Shown here: positions 16,784 to 27,094 of the stretch, piece after piece
Layout: every line of letters starts with the position of its first letter
How positions within the stretch are numbered: the stretch's first letter is position 1
NCBI GenBank assembly: GCA_031423235.1
Contig: JANPFC010000148.1
Span: forward strand, 1-58,785
Source of the DNA: Chlamydiota bacterium
Lineage (GTDB): Bacteria > Chlamydiota > Chlamydiia > Chlamydiales > SM23-39
Length of the DNA stretch: 58,785 bases
Reading direction: 5' to 3'
Position numbers and translations under genes: made by a program
Notes under the pieces: model-generated
Told to the model about the DNA's origin: nothing
What the model saw: the letters and a program-made list of their open reading frames with translations, nothing else
Databases searched by the model: none

Positions 16784-18152
16784 GCTCCTCTACCGCCCCC
16801 GCTTCCGGGGGCTTTCCTTTGATTTGTACTAGTTCTTTATAAAGCCACAGCGCCGAACAACGTTTCCGATAGTCTATCTGAAGCATCCGGTGGATCAGCG
16901 GCTTGATTGTCTCAGGGATTCCCGATTTCTCGATTTCCCGTTCGATTTCGTCCATAGTTAGTTTCTCGATTCTCGATTCAATTTGCCTATCGTTTTGGAA
17001 GTTCATAAGCGTTCCGGTTTCCCGATGGAATAGGGAGAATAGAATCATGCCAAAGGACCAGATGTCTGCCTCTTCCGTAGAATGCTTCACCCATTCTCCG
17101 GTTAACTTATGGTCCCAGAAAGAGGCGAGTTTTTCCGGGGCGATATAGGCAAGAGTTCCTGTCCGATTTTCGATGAAATCCCGTTGGTTTTGCCTGCAGG
17201 CTGCGCCGAGATCTCCGATAACCGCTTTGATTTTTCGGCCCGCAATCCCTTTGGCGTGAACTGAAATGAGTATATTTGAGGGTTTTAGATCCCTATGAAT
17301 GATTCCCAAGGAGTGTAAATTGAGGAGTCCGAGAGCCAGTTCCGTAGCGGTTTGGATTTTCTCTTGAAGGGTGAACTGCCATTTGTTGTCGAAGACCCGT
17401 TGCAGATCTCCGCAGTTTAAAAACTCGGTGAGGATATAAAACTTCCCCTCCTGCTCTAATGAAGCTTCAATCTGAAGAAGGCCAGATAATCCTCTCAGTT
17501 CATTTAGGAGTTTCACTTCATTTGCAAGAAGTCTCCAATCCATTTCCTCCAAATATTCACGCCTGGAAATGGCAGCCGCGTAAATTTGCGCGTTCTGGAT
17601 TTTAAGGGCCAACTTCACCCGTTTAATTGAGCCGCTGCCAACGCATTTATCCTTTCTCTTCGTGAATTTGCTAAATAGTATAAATGATTGTCCTTGGCCT
17701 GCAATCAGAGTGCGGATGGCCTGCTTTTTTATACACTTTAGTTCGGCTTGCTGCAGACACCTATTTCCAAGGTGGACCATTCTAGCTACATCATTCTCAG
17801 TTACCTGATCTAAAGTACATCGGTGGACATGTGAATGGAGTTTCTGTATTAAATAGGCTGGAAAGTGTTGGAGGACAGTTTGTATTTCAGCGGCAGTTTC
17901 CATAAAACATCTGAAAATATCTTCATTCAAGACCCAGATCTGCTTTTCGGCTTCATCTAAATAAAGAGTGATTTGCGTGTAGCGATTTTTTAAAAAGAAA
18001 CTGGGGGCCGATTTTCTCGCATGCGCCCAGTGATCGCTATCCTCAAATCCCCGAAATGCGATTTTGAAAAGGCTTGATTCTCCTGGAATTTCCTCTATTG
18101 AGGATGCGAACAGTTTTAAACGGGGGTAATGCAGGGCTGGGGCGACAGACAT
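16773..18152 (-). CDS. Eukaryotic-like Ser/Thr protein kinase with WNK-type lysine placement; candidate effector
   Basis: GSGSIKRV, HRDLKPSNIL, IGDLG, GTLAYIAPE, DIWSFG. Confidence 0.9.
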   Translation of the reverse strand: MSVAPALHYPRLKLFASSIEEIPGESSLFKIAFRGFEDSDHWAHARKSAPSFFLKNRYTQITLYLDEAEKQIWVLNEDIFRCFMETAAEIQTVLQHFPAYLIQKLHSHVHRCTLDQVTENDVARMVHLGNRCLQQAELKCIKKQAIRTLIAGQGQSFILFSKFTKRKDKCVGSGSIKRVKLALKIQNAQIYAAAISRREYLEEMDWRLLANEVKLLNELRGLSGLLQIEASLEQEGKFYILTEFLNCGDLQRVFDNKWQFTLQEKIQTATELALGLLNLHSLGIIHRDLKPSNILISVHAKGIAGRKIKAVIGDLGAACRQNQRDFIENRTGTLAYIAPEKLASFWDHKLTGEWVKHSTEEADIWSFGMILFSLFHRETGTLMNFQNDRQIESRIEKLTMDEIEREIEKSGIPETIKPLIHRMLQIDYRKRCSALWLYKELVQIKGKPPEAGAVEELKS

Positions 18153-18174
18153 TAAAAATCACATGTCAAAAAAA

Positions 18175-19401
18175 TTATTGAATGGTGAATTCTAGTGAAT
18201 CGATCTCTTTTTCTTCTACGGCTTTCTGAATTTGTTTGATGCTGCTCATGACTGTGGAGTGGTCTCTTCCGAAGATATCTCCAATTTTCTGATAGGCGAT
18301 TTTTAGTCTTTCTCTACAGAGATACATGGCGATCTGTCTAGGAAGAGCAACTCCTCGCATTTGCGATTTGCCAAGGATATCTTCGCTTGTGATCCCATAT
18401 TTAGCTGCGACGCTTTTGATGATTCTCTCCGGAGTGAGGGCGTTTTCAGCCTCTTTTTCCAAGAGGTCTTTCAAGAGTCTCTCTCCGATTAAGGTAGTGA
18501 TTGGGCCACCTTTGGAGCGGAGGGCTAGAGCTTGGAGCGCTTGAATTGGGTTTTTGGGGAATTTTTCCACAAGCCATTTGAATATTTCCTCGCCTAGATC
18601 CATTCGCCAGAGAGCGGCCTTTTTTTTCAAAATGGGGAGTGGGCTGGTCTTTCCAACCTCTAGTGAGATTCCCCATTCAAAACGGCTGATAAGACGAGGC
18701 TCCACTTCATGCAGCTGGGGAGGGGGGACATTGGCGCTGATGAGGATGAGTCTGCCGATTGTATGGAGGGTGTTGAATGTGTGGAAAAACTCTTCCTGAG
18801 TAGCCGTTTTGCGAGAGAATATATTTATGTCGTCGATGATGAGGGCGTCGATATCACGGTAGATTTTTCTAAATTCTTGCATTTGGCCGAGGCGGATCGC
18901 TTGCACTACGTGTTCGGTAAAGGTTTCGGCACGAACAAAGAAGACTCTTTTGCCGCTTTTTTCTAAAGCAATGGCAGCTCCCATCAGAAGGTGTGTTTTA
19001 CCTGCTCCTTTGGGTCCATAGAGGTATATTGGGTTAAAAGGGGAGGCTTCAGATAATAACCGGTAGACAACGAGGTTCGGTTCCTCGGGGACGAAGTTCT
19101 CTAGAGTCATCTCTGGGTCGATCGGATCAGGATTGAAGGATAGGGCTCGAGGCTCTTCTTTTTTTACAATGCCAGATTTATCTGTAACCAGATGGACTTT
19201 AATGGGCCTTTGATTGTGATTGAGCAGCCCTTTTAAGCGGGGCCGCACATGTTCTTCAAACCAGCTGATTTGAAACGAGTCCCTAGCTTCAAGGTAGATG
19301 TTGCCCGCATCAAAACGGATGAGTCCAGGGACCCATTTTTTTACAACTTCAGGCCCCAATTCTTGGCTTAACTGCGACAAAAACTGTTGCCATTCATTCA
19401 C
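18175..19401 (-). CDS. dnaA: Chromosomal replication initiator DnaA (yidC-linked chlamydial copy)
   Basis: FNPIYLYG..G.GKTHL, TQEEFFHTFN, RLISRFEWG, RQIAMYLCR, GRDHSTV. Confidence 0.95.
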   Translation of the reverse strand: MNEWQQFLSQLSQELGPEVVKKWVPGLIRFDAGNIYLEARDSFQISWFEEHVRPRLKGLLNHNQRPIKVHLVTDKSGIVKKEEPRALSFNPDPIDPEMTLENFVPEEPNLVVYRLLSEASPFNPIYLYGPKGAGKTHLLMGAAIALEKSGKRVFFVRAETFTEHVVQAIRLGQMQEFRKIYRDIDALIIDDINIFSRKTATQEEFFHTFNTLHTIGRLILISANVPPPQLHEVEPRLISRFEWGISLEVGKTSPLPILKKKAALWRMDLGEEIFKWLVEKFPKNPIQALQALALRSKGGPITTLIGERLLKDLLEKEAENALTPERIIKSVAAKYGITSEDILGKSQMRGVALPRQIAMYLCRERLKIAYQKIGDIFGRDHSTVMSSIKQIQKAVEEKEIDSLEFTIQ

Positions 19402-19407
19402 AGAGCT

Positions 19408-21267
19408 TTACCCCTTTTTGGGTGCCGCATTCATTTTTTTCATCATCCACATTTGCTGGCCGATTCCAAGGAGAGTAGAGAGCATGAAGTAGATGTTAAG
19501 CCCTGATGGGAAGTTATAGAACATGACAGTGAAAAGGACCGCCATCATGTTGCCCATCATTTTTTGCTGCTTCTGGGTGTCGGAGAGCTTGCTAGGATCT
19601 TTTGGCAGTTTAGATGTGAACTTCTGCTGCAAAAACATCGTAATACCCATCAAGATGGGGAGAAGATGGAATTCGTTGCCAATGAACCATATTGGCTGTC
19701 CCCAGCTAAAAAGGAGGTCGGGGGCCGAGAGATCGTCGATCCAGCCTGGAATAAACACGGCGCCGCGCAATGGGAAGCTTGATTTAAGAAGGTAGAACAT
19801 ACCGATCAAAAAGGGCATTTGCAAGAGGACTGGGAAGCAGCCGGTGAGGGGATTGATTCCAGATTCGCGGTAGAGGTTCATCACTTCAGATTGAGCTTTG
19901 CGCGGATCTTTTTTATATTTATCTTGTACAGCCTTCACTTTGGGGGCGATTTCCTGCATCTTGATCGAAGAGCGGATAGACCAGTTGTTGAGCGGATACA
20001 TCATCGCTCTTAGCGCAATCGTAAGGAGAATAATCGACAGGGCCCACGAATGGGTTACCGCGTAGAAAAGCTCCATCAAGAGGAAGAGGAATTTTGCAAA
20101 TGGCTGCGATATGAAGGAGAACCAACCCTGGATGCTGAGGGCAGAGACGTAATCGGGGTTGTAGTTTTGGAGCGGGTCTTCATAGAGAGCATCGAGTTCT
20201 TTGAGGAGGGCGTTGTCGTAGGGTCCTGCAAAGATGCGGAAAGGGGTGATGCCGCTTTTGAGCGGTAGATAGGTGGCGTAGCCTGGATAGCTGGCGGCTG
20301 GATAGAGGTTGTAGCCTGGATCGATCAGGGTGAGGCGGGTAGGGATTGTCGCTCCGTCGATTTGAGCCGTTTTATAGCCAGCTCCAGTTGGTTCGAGCGG
20401 GTCCATGATGATGCCCAAAAAGCCGTTGCAGTTGCTGATCCAGTTTGGCGAAATATTTGAGGCTAGGATTGGCCCTTTTTTGGGTAAATCGATCGTGTCG
20501 ACATCGGAAACTTTGTTTTTTGTGACTTGGATGCGGAGTAGAGGGCTGTAGGAATTGCTGACAATCTCAGCGTCAGGGACGCCTGAGCTCAGCCATAGGC
20601 CTTGAGCATCTCCATCTACACGGATGTCCAAATTAAAGCAGTAGGGTCCGTTGCGAACTTCTGGAATGGTGTACGTTTTGGTGACCTGGGCGCCGCCTAC
20701 AACTCCCTGGAATTCGATCAGATTCTTTTCAAATCGGCTCATCCGAAAATTGACGTTCGCAATGTTTGGATCCTCTCCAACGATGTTCAAACTGTAGTAT
20801 TCTGGCGAGATCGATTTGCCATTGATGCCGCGGCGGAGGAGGGGGTAATAGCCGCCGAGTTTTCCTTCCGAGTGTTCGCCATCTGGAGTTGAGTAGGCAT
20901 GGAGCGGGAAGCGGGCGTTTTGCGGGGATGTTGCGAGGATTTCCCGGTCGAAGTCGATCTCTTTGACGTAGCTATTGGGATTGGAGTTTTTTAAAGGTAA
21001 GTTGATCTCGGCTAAGCTGCCGCCTCTAGAAGAGAAAACGAGCTGCTGATATTCGTTCTCCAGGACGTAGAATGTTTCGCCCTGAGAACTATTGCTAGCT
21101 TGAGCGATAAAGTTATTTGCTTTTTCGAGGGGAGCGGGAGGTATTTCATTCTGAACGACGACCTTCTTCTCTGCGGCTGGCTTTTCGCCATAGTAGTTGT
21201 AAAAGGTGTGTACGCCAAAAAAGGCTAGGCTGACACAAACCATGAAAAGAAGGGTACGTTTATCCAT
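19408..21267 (-). CDS. yidC: Membrane protein insertase YidC
   Basis: MDKRTLLF start, SIILLT, P..GCFPVLLQMP, WIDDLSAPD, FPSGLNIY. Confidence 0.95.
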   Translation of the reverse strand: MDKRTLLFMVCVSLAFFGVHTFYNYYGEKPAAEKKVVVQNEIPPAPLEKANNFIAQASNSSQGETFYVLENEYQQLVFSSRGGSLAEINLPLKNSNPNSYVKEIDFDREILATSPQNARFPLHAYSTPDGEHSEGKLGGYYPLLRRGINGKSISPEYYSLNIVGEDPNIANVNFRMSRFEKNLIEFQGVVGGAQVTKTYTIPEVRNGPYCFNLDIRVDGDAQGLWLSSGVPDAEIVSNSYSPLLRIQVTKNKVSDVDTIDLPKKGPILASNISPNWISNCNGFLGIIMDPLEPTGAGYKTAQIDGATIPTRLTLIDPGYNLYPAASYPGYATYLPLKSGITPFRIFAGPYDNALLKELDALYEDPLQNYNPDYVSALSIQGWFSFISQPFAKFLFLLMELFYAVTHSWALSIILLTIALRAMMYPLNNWSIRSSIKMQEIAPKVKAVQDKYKKDPRKAQSEVMNLYRESGINPLTGCFPVLLQMPFLIGMFYLLKSSFPLRGAVFIPGWIDDLSAPDLLFSWGQPIWFIGNEFHLLPILMGITMFLQQKFTSKLPKDPSKLSDTQKQQKMMGNMMAVLFTVMFYNFPSGLNIYFMLSTLLGIGQQMWMMKKMNAAPKKG

Positions 21268-21337
21268 GTAACTCTCGGGCTGATTAACTAGGGAAGGATA
21301 GCAAAAATTGGAAATTGAAGCAAACAAGTACGGAGAT

Positions 21338-21372
21338 TTAACGCAAAGACGCGGTGCCGCTGAGACACAAAG
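21338..21372. repeat. Solo half-element with 8-nt periodic units
   Basis: ttaa-cgcaaaga-cgcggtgc-cgctgaga-cacaaag, immediately after the TPR gene stop; no partner arm seen. Confidence 0.35.
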
Positions 21373-21377
21373 GGGTT

Positions 21378-23456
21378 TTATTCTTCGCGGGTTTGCTGGA
21401 GCTTGGCTTCCAGCGCCGTGAGGAATTGGGCAAACGCCGAGGTGGCGCGGAGATTATCGAGCCAGTCGTCATCAAGAAGTTCATCAATGGACGGAAGCGA
21501 TCGGGCCCATAGCGCTTTGTAGATGAGTTCCATCCCTTCATGTGTGCGCCCAAGGATCGAATAGAGGCATGCGAGGGTGTAGTAGGCCGCTTCATTGCCG
21601 AGGCGTCCTGCTTTCGTAATTTTTATTTCAGCATCCATATAGAGCTGATTCATGAAGTCGCTATCGAGTGTGTGATGAGCGAGGTGAATGAGGCAAACTC
21701 CCCAATCAAGCCAAATTTGATCATTTTCTTCATCTGCGCGAATAGCTAGCCGAAAGAAATGGACCGCGCGTCTGTAGTATTCAGATTCGCTCGTGATATG
21801 GCCGAGTTGAGAGTAGGAGAGGGCCATCCGGTGGTGAATCCGGGGAAAGTCTGGATCGATCAGGAGCACGTGGGAGAAAATTTCAATCGCCCGTGTGTAG
21901 TGGGACTCTTCTTCAGTAAAGTCGCCGAGCCACTCAAGCGCGCAGGCGTACTCGTAGAGCCATTTCGGGTGGTGGAGGAGAGTATCTTTATGATTTTGAA
22001 GGAGCAGTTCAAAGAGGATGATCGATTGCTCAAGAGTGGGGAGATCATCGAGTATTTCGCTGAATTGGAGAAGGCAGCAGGCCGAATCGAACAGAAGGGC
22101 TGGGCAAGCTGGTTTCAGATCCATGGCTCTAGATAGGAACCGGTGGGCTCTCTCAATTAGGTCTTCATCATCTGTGAGTTCGGCATAGTGCATGTGGACA
22201 AGACCGAGGGCGTGCCATAGTTCTGGATCGCTTCTGTCGATCGAGAGTCCATATTGAAGCTTTTCAATGGCGAGCTCGTAATAATCGGCGTCTTCATAGT
22301 ATTTGCCGAAAGCGATGAGGCAGATTCCATAGGCGTGCCAAAGGTCTGGGTCGTCGGGGAACTGATCGGTCGCTTTAAGGACCTGGTGCTCTGCTTCGAC
22401 GATCAGGTCAAGGCGGGCTGTGATCATACCGAGTGTTGAAAGGCTCTCCACCCACTGGCTGATGATGACGGAGTCTTCTGAATCGAGCTGGGCTGCGCGC
22501 GCGCACTTTTCGATGCTGAGCCGGAGCGATTTCGCGTCGCTATTATGTCTTCCCGATTCGCCGAGGAGCTGTCCCCATCCGAGCCATACGTCCGGATCGC
22601 GGGGAGATATTTTAGAGGCGGCTGAATAGGCGTCGGAGGCTTTGGCCACATACCGCTCGTCGAGCGTATTGATGTAGAGCTGCGAATAGGCTTCTGCAAG
22701 GGACATCCATCCATCAAAATATTGAGGAGAGGCGTTCACTGCTTGCTGCAGGTACTCGATTGACTGGATATAGAGGCGCGACTCGTTGATGAGGAGCCCC
22801 ATTTCGAGGTAGGCTTTGCCGCAATCATTCCAAAATTCAGGAGAGGGCTTCTCTTGGTGGGTTTTGGAGGTCTGGAAGGAATCGATTGCGAGGCGGACGT
22901 CGAGGGCTTCTCCCGAGTGCTGAGCGATCTCAGACCAGGCAATTCCGTTGTCCCAGTGGAGTTCTGCAAGGAGTTCTTTCGGCTGGCCGGCGGAGTGGTC
23001 GAGCGCTTTTTGATATTTGTCTTTCGCTTCAATTAAAAAGTGGTGCTCTTCATGGAATCTGCCGAGTTGTAAGAGGACGTTGCCCCAAGCGACCCATGCA
23101 TCAAAAAAATTGGGTTGGAGCTGGGTGGCGATCTTAAAATTTTTACTTGCGAGGAGGAGCGCTTTCTCTTTCCCTTCTTCCGATCCATACTCGAAGAAGG
23201 CGAGGCCTTGGCGGTACCAGATTTGCGGGTTTTGGCCGTCTAGGTTCGACGCTGCCTCAAAACAGGAGAGGGCTCTTAAGTTGCCTTGCAATAGGGCCAT
23301 TTCCCCTTCGGCCAGATAGCGGTATGCCAACTCTTTTTTTTGCTCTTCCGGCAAATGGCCGCCCTCAATGGCCTCTCTCGGGAGAGAGGTTGAAACAGCT
23401 TTCCTGGGGAAAAACCGGGCGAAGATCCGTCTGAGGGGGGTGGCTTGCATGGTCAT
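21378..23456 (-). CDS. Tetratricopeptide-repeat protein
   Basis: Many ~34-aa helical repeats of the type P....W...G..L (PQIWYRQG, DAWVAWG, PEFWNDCG, PDVWLGWG, PDLWHAYG), ending YTLACLYS. Confidence 0.85.
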   Translation of the reverse strand: MTMQATPLRRIFARFFPRKAVSTSLPREAIEGGHLPEEQKKELAYRYLAEGEMALLQGNLRALSCFEAASNLDGQNPQIWYRQGLAFFEYGSEEGKEKALLLASKNFKIATQLQPNFFDAWVAWGNVLLQLGRFHEEHHFLIEAKDKYQKALDHSAGQPKELLAELHWDNGIAWSEIAQHSGEALDVRLAIDSFQTSKTHQEKPSPEFWNDCGKAYLEMGLLINESRLYIQSIEYLQQAVNASPQYFDGWMSLAEAYSQLYINTLDERYVAKASDAYSAASKISPRDPDVWLGWGQLLGESGRHNSDAKSLRLSIEKCARAAQLDSEDSVIISQWVESLSTLGMITARLDLIVEAEHQVLKATDQFPDDPDLWHAYGICLIAFGKYYEDADYYELAIEKLQYGLSIDRSDPELWHALGLVHMHYAELTDDEDLIERAHRFLSRAMDLKPACPALLFDSACCLLQFSEILDDLPTLEQSIILFELLLQNHKDTLLHHPKWLYEYACALEWLGDFTEEESHYTRAIEIFSHVLLIDPDFPRIHHRMALSYSQLGHITSESEYYRRAVHFFRLAIRADEENDQIWLDWGVCLIHLAHHTLDSDFMNQLYMDAEIKITKAGRLGNEAAYYTLACLYSILGRTHEGMELIYKALWARSLPSIDELLDDDWLDNLRATSAFAQFLTALEAKLQQTREE

Positions 23457-23492
23457 ATTAGTCCGCTATTACTCGATTTGCAAAGGGTCGGA

Positions 23493-24623
23493 TTATAGAT
23501 AAGCGGTTTTTTTTTGCCCAGACATCTCCCGATCTAATTGGCTGTTAATATATTGGGACAAAATAAATCGATTCAACTTAAAATTATCCTTGTGGGGCAT
23601 TTCATCTATAAATAGGAGCGCAATTGGGATCTTATATTTAGGGAGTCGTTTGCTTAATTGATCTTGCAACCATTTTAAATCGAAGGAATTTGCGGCTTTG
23701 ATGACAGCAACGGGACGTTTTCCGAATTCAGGATCATCGATTGGAAGCACTGCGGCTTCGATGATTTCTGGAAGAGCGAGAAGTTCTTGTTCGATCTCTT
23801 CGGGCTGAATATTTTCTCCGCCAGAAATGAACATCCAGTCTTTTCTCCCGATGATTTCTAACTTTCCATTTTCAAAATGGCCTAAATCGCCAGTGGGGAA
23901 CCAATCTTGCGGCGGATCACTTCCTAAGTAGCCTTGAAATAGGCATGGGCCGCGGACAAGAATTTCACCGTCGCTTGCCAGTTGGACTTCTCGGTTAGGC
24001 AAAATGTTTCCATTAAGGGCGACCATCGATCCCATCTCTGTGAGACCATATGTAGTATAGACGGGGAGATGTTTTGGGTAGGAGGAGATGGGGGCGCCGC
24101 CAAGAAGAAGGCAGCGAAGATGCTTATACACAGGGGTAGCTCTATATAAATGGGTGGGCACGTAGGAAAGATGGGTAATATCGGGGCTGTCATCAAGGAC
24201 AATCGTGGCGCGGGCAAGGATGCAGCGGATGATAATGCCGATGCCGCCGACATGATAAAGAGGGAGAGTGAGGCGCCATTGATCTCCAGGTTTAAGATCG
24301 AGGGGGCCGATCGCGGCCATCGCATTTGCGAGGAGGTTATCGAGAGATAAGACGGCGATTTTGGGAGAGGCGGTTGAGCCCGATGTGTAGAGGAGGAGGG
24401 AATTAGGCGGGGCGTTTGTTATCGGGGTTGTGATTGGCAGACGGGGATTGGTTGGGAATATGAAGCTGTTCCTTCTCCAAGAAGCAAACAATTGGGCAAT
24501 GAGGAGGGAGGGGTTTTGAGAGTTTGCGAGATGGTGGAGTTCAGCAAAGGTGAGGGAGAAATCTTTCGAGAGGATGGCTAGCTCATTCGGGGCGTCTCGG
24601 GCCGCATCTTTTAAAGGGCACAT
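23493..24623 (-). CDS. menE: o-succinylbenzoate-CoA ligase (compact)
   Basis: YTSGST..PK, LPLYHVGG, TYGLTE, TGDLG, GRKDWMFISGGENI; men cluster context. Confidence 0.9.
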   Translation of the reverse strand: MCPLKDAARDAPNELAILSKDFSLTFAELHHLANSQNPSLLIAQLFASWRRNSFIFPTNPRLPITTPITNAPPNSLLLYTSGSTASPKIAVLSLDNLLANAMAAIGPLDLKPGDQWRLTLPLYHVGGIGIIIRCILARATIVLDDSPDITHLSYVPTHLYRATPVYKHLRCLLLGGAPISSYPKHLPVYTTYGLTEMGSMVALNGNILPNREVQLASDGEILVRGPCLFQGYLGSDPPQDWFPTGDLGHFENGKLEIIGRKDWMFISGGENIQPEEIEQELLALPEIIEAAVLPIDDPEFGKRPVAVIKAANSFDLKWLQDQLSKRLPKYKIPIALLFIDEMPHKDNFKLNRFILSQYINSQLDREMSGQKKTAYL

Positions 24624-25432
24624 AGCTTGGACATGTCGAGTAGAGGGCTTGAATACCTCCATGAAAAAGTGCCGGAAGAACAGTCGATGGGATTCAGCAG
24701 AATGTCTTCTTCAAGGGCCCGGTAGGTGTCGAGGCCGATGGGGAGTGTGTTATTCGCGAGGTTGGCGATGTGAAGGAGGCCGAGTCCCGATTCGTAGGCT
24801 GAGCTAAGGACGAGGTTGAGATGCGGAGGGACTTTGGGAATGGATCCGACGACGGTTGGTTTGACGACGATGGCTTTGAGTGTGGGAATTTGGCTCCAGT
24901 CTGCACGTATCGATTCGTCAAGTGCTATGGGAAAACGGGTCATTTTCGAAAAATCGACGAGCGCCTCAAAGGTTTTTAGGGGCTCTTCCATGTAGGCAAA
25001 GTCGTCTGGTTTGAAATGGCTTGCGAATTCGAGCGCCTCGCTTAAATTCCAAGCGCGATTGCAATCGAGGCGGAGCCGGGCATGGCGATAGTGCTGCTTG
25101 GTAAGGGAAATGGCTTCACTTAAGGGCAAATGGCCAAGTTTGAGTTTAACTGTGGAAAACCCCTCTCTTGGGCCAAGGGCACAAAGGGGAAGGTGGACAG
25201 ATCGGAGCGGCTTTAGGGCGGATGAGATTCCGAATCGGACAGAGGGAAGAGTGGGCTCGGTTCCAGAACGGATCCAGGCGAGCGCCTCTAATAGAGCCTC
25301 TTCGAGCGTTTCTTTGCTAAATCCGGGAAGCGGGGAGATTTCTCCAAAGCCATTATTCACTTGGAGAACGAGCCCTTCGCGGGTATTCCCGTTTTTCATC
25401 GGGAGTTTATATCGGAAAAGCTGCTTTACCAT
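24611..25432 (-). CDS. menC: o-succinylbenzoate synthase
   Basis: GEISPLPGFS.E, KLK, LRLDCN..W, YMEEP, IALDES, VVKP, SSAYES. Confidence 0.9.
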   Translation of the reverse strand: MVKQLFRYKLPMKNGNTREGLVLQVNNGFGEISPLPGFSKETLEEALLEALAWIRSGTEPTLPSVRFGISSALKPLRSVHLPLCALGPREGFSTVKLKLGHLPLSEAISLTKQHYRHARLRLDCNRAWNLSEALEFASHFKPDDFAYMEEPLKTFEALVDFSKMTRFPIALDESIRADWSQIPTLKAIVVKPTVVGSIPKVPPHLNLVLSSAYESGLGLLHIANLANNTLPIGLDTYRALEEDILLNPIDCSSGTFSWRYSSPLLDMSKLCAL

Positions 25433-26334
25433 ATGAAAATACAAAAAATGAGGGTGTAGAGGATGAGGAGGATGGCGCTGGATTGAAGGACAGAAATCAG
25501 CTCGAGTGGGTCTCTAAACGAGAACACTTTTTTGATCGGGGGGATCGCTGCAAAGAGGACGAGGGATGCAGCGAGGAGTGTAATAGGGGCTCCATAGAAG
25601 ATAATGAGGACAGGGGGGACTGAAAAGGCGAGGAGGAGGGAAATGATATATTCCCAGGTGCCGAATGTGCGCCCAAATCGGACGATGAGTGTCCTTTTAT
25701 TTGCGGCTTTGTCGCTTTTCTCGTCGCGCAAGTTGTTCGCGATGAGAATGGAGCAGGATAGGAGTCCAGGGGCAAGACTTGCAACGAACACCGGCATGTG
25801 AACTGCGCCCGTTTGGAGAAAGTAGGTTCCACATGCGGCTATGGGGCCAAAGAAGGGGAAGACTAGTAGTTCTCCAAGACCGAGATAGCCGAGGGGTTTT
25901 GGCCCTCCAGTGTATAGAATGCCGAAGGCGACGCACGCGAGCGCGAGAAATAGGCTCCAAAGGCCTGCGGCGATCATGAGGGGAATAGCGAGAATCAGGG
26001 CGCATCCAAATATAGCAAGAGTGGCTAGCCACATGGAGCGGGGAGAGATCCATCCTTGATGGGTTGCCCGTTTAGGCCCGTTGCGGAGGGCTGTGTCGGC
26101 GCCGTTGACGAAGTCGAAATAGTCGTTGGCGTAGTTGGTGCCGATTTGGATAAAGAGAGAGAAGAGAAGGGTCAGGGTAAAAATCGGCAGATTTAAATGG
26201 GGGGCCATTGCAGAGCCAATGAGTACAGGACTCAGGCTGGCGATCCACGTTTTGGGTCTGCTCGCGAGAAAGAGCGATTTAAGGGCGCTTGGGGAAGCGG
26301 GCAAAATCGGGTTTGCGCTTTTCATTGAAGGCAT
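25426..26334 (-). CDS. menA: 1,4-dihydroxy-2-naphthoate prenyltransferase
   Basis: [35 protein letters not shown]...D..ANKRTL; exact start uncertain. Confidence 0.93.
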   Translation of the reverse strand: MPSMKSANPILPASPSALKSLFLASRPKTWIASLSPVLIGSAMAPHLNLPIFTLTLLFSLFIQIGTNYANDYFDFVNGADTALRNGPKRATHQGWISPRSMWLATLAIFGCALILAIPLMIAAGLWSLFLALACVAFGILYTGGPKPLGYLGLGELLVFPFFGPIAACGTYFLQTGAVHMPVFVASLAPGLLSCSILIANNLRDEKSDKAANKRTLIVRFGRTFGTWEYIISLLLAFSVPPVLIIFYGAPITLLAASLVLFAAIPPIKKVFSFRDPLELISVLQSSAILLILYTLIFCIFIW

Positions 26335-27094
26335 TTCGTCCCTCCTGTCCTTCTTCTGTCATGTAAAATAGCATCGTGGCGTTGCCAGCAAGTTCCTGTA
26401 GTCCGGCTTGGCCGTCGCAGTCTGCATTGAGCGCGGCCTTTAGGCAGCGGATGGCGATCGGAGATAGTTCTAGGATTTCTCTGGCCCACTGAACGGTTGT
26501 CTCTTCGAGTTTTTCGTATGGGACGACGATGTTGACAAGTCCCATTTCAAGAGCTTGAGCCGCGCTATATTGCCTGCAGAGAAACCAGATTTCGCGCGCT
26601 TTTTTCTGTCCGATTATGCGGGCGAGGTAGCTCGCACCAAATCCACCGTCGAATGAACCGACTTTGGGTCCTGTCTGTCCGAAGATCGCATTATCGGCAG
26701 CGATGCTGAGATCGCAAATTACGTGAAGGACGTGCCCTCCGCCGATCGCGTAGCCTGCAACCATGGCGATGACAGGTTTTGGACATGAGCGGATTTCTCT
26801 CTGGAAATCAAGTACGTTGAGGCGGTGGACGCCAGCAAAGTCGGCATAGCCATCTGCGCCGCGGATTTTTTGGTCGCCGCCTGAGCAAAAAGCCTCTTTC
26901 CCTTCGCCCGTTAGGATGATGACTCCGATCGTACCGTCGTTGCGGGCGTCATTCAGGGCTTGGCGCATCTCTTCGACTGTGTGGGGGCGGAAGGCGTTCC
27001 GTACTTCGGGGCGGTTGATCGTGATTTTTGCGATGCCTGGAGTTTTGTGGTACTTGATGTCAGTGTAAGATCCGTAGGGAATCCAGAGCGTCAT
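26279..27094 (-). CDS. menB: 1,4-dihydroxy-2-naphthoyl-CoA synthase
   Basis: [38 protein letters not shown]. Confidence 0.98.
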   Translation of the reverse strand: MTLWIPYGSYTDIKYHKTPGIAKITINRPEVRNAFRPHTVEEMRQALNDARNDGTIGVIILTGEGKEAFCSGGDQKIRGADGYADFAGVHRLNVLDFQREIRSCPKPVIAMVAGYAIGGGHVLHVICDLSIAADNAIFGQTGPKVGSFDGGFGASYLARIIGQKKAREIWFLCRQYSAAQALEMGLVNIVVPYEKLEETTVQWAREILELSPIAIRCLKAALNADCDGQAGLQELAGNATMLFYMTEEGQEGRNAFNEKRKPDFARFPKRP

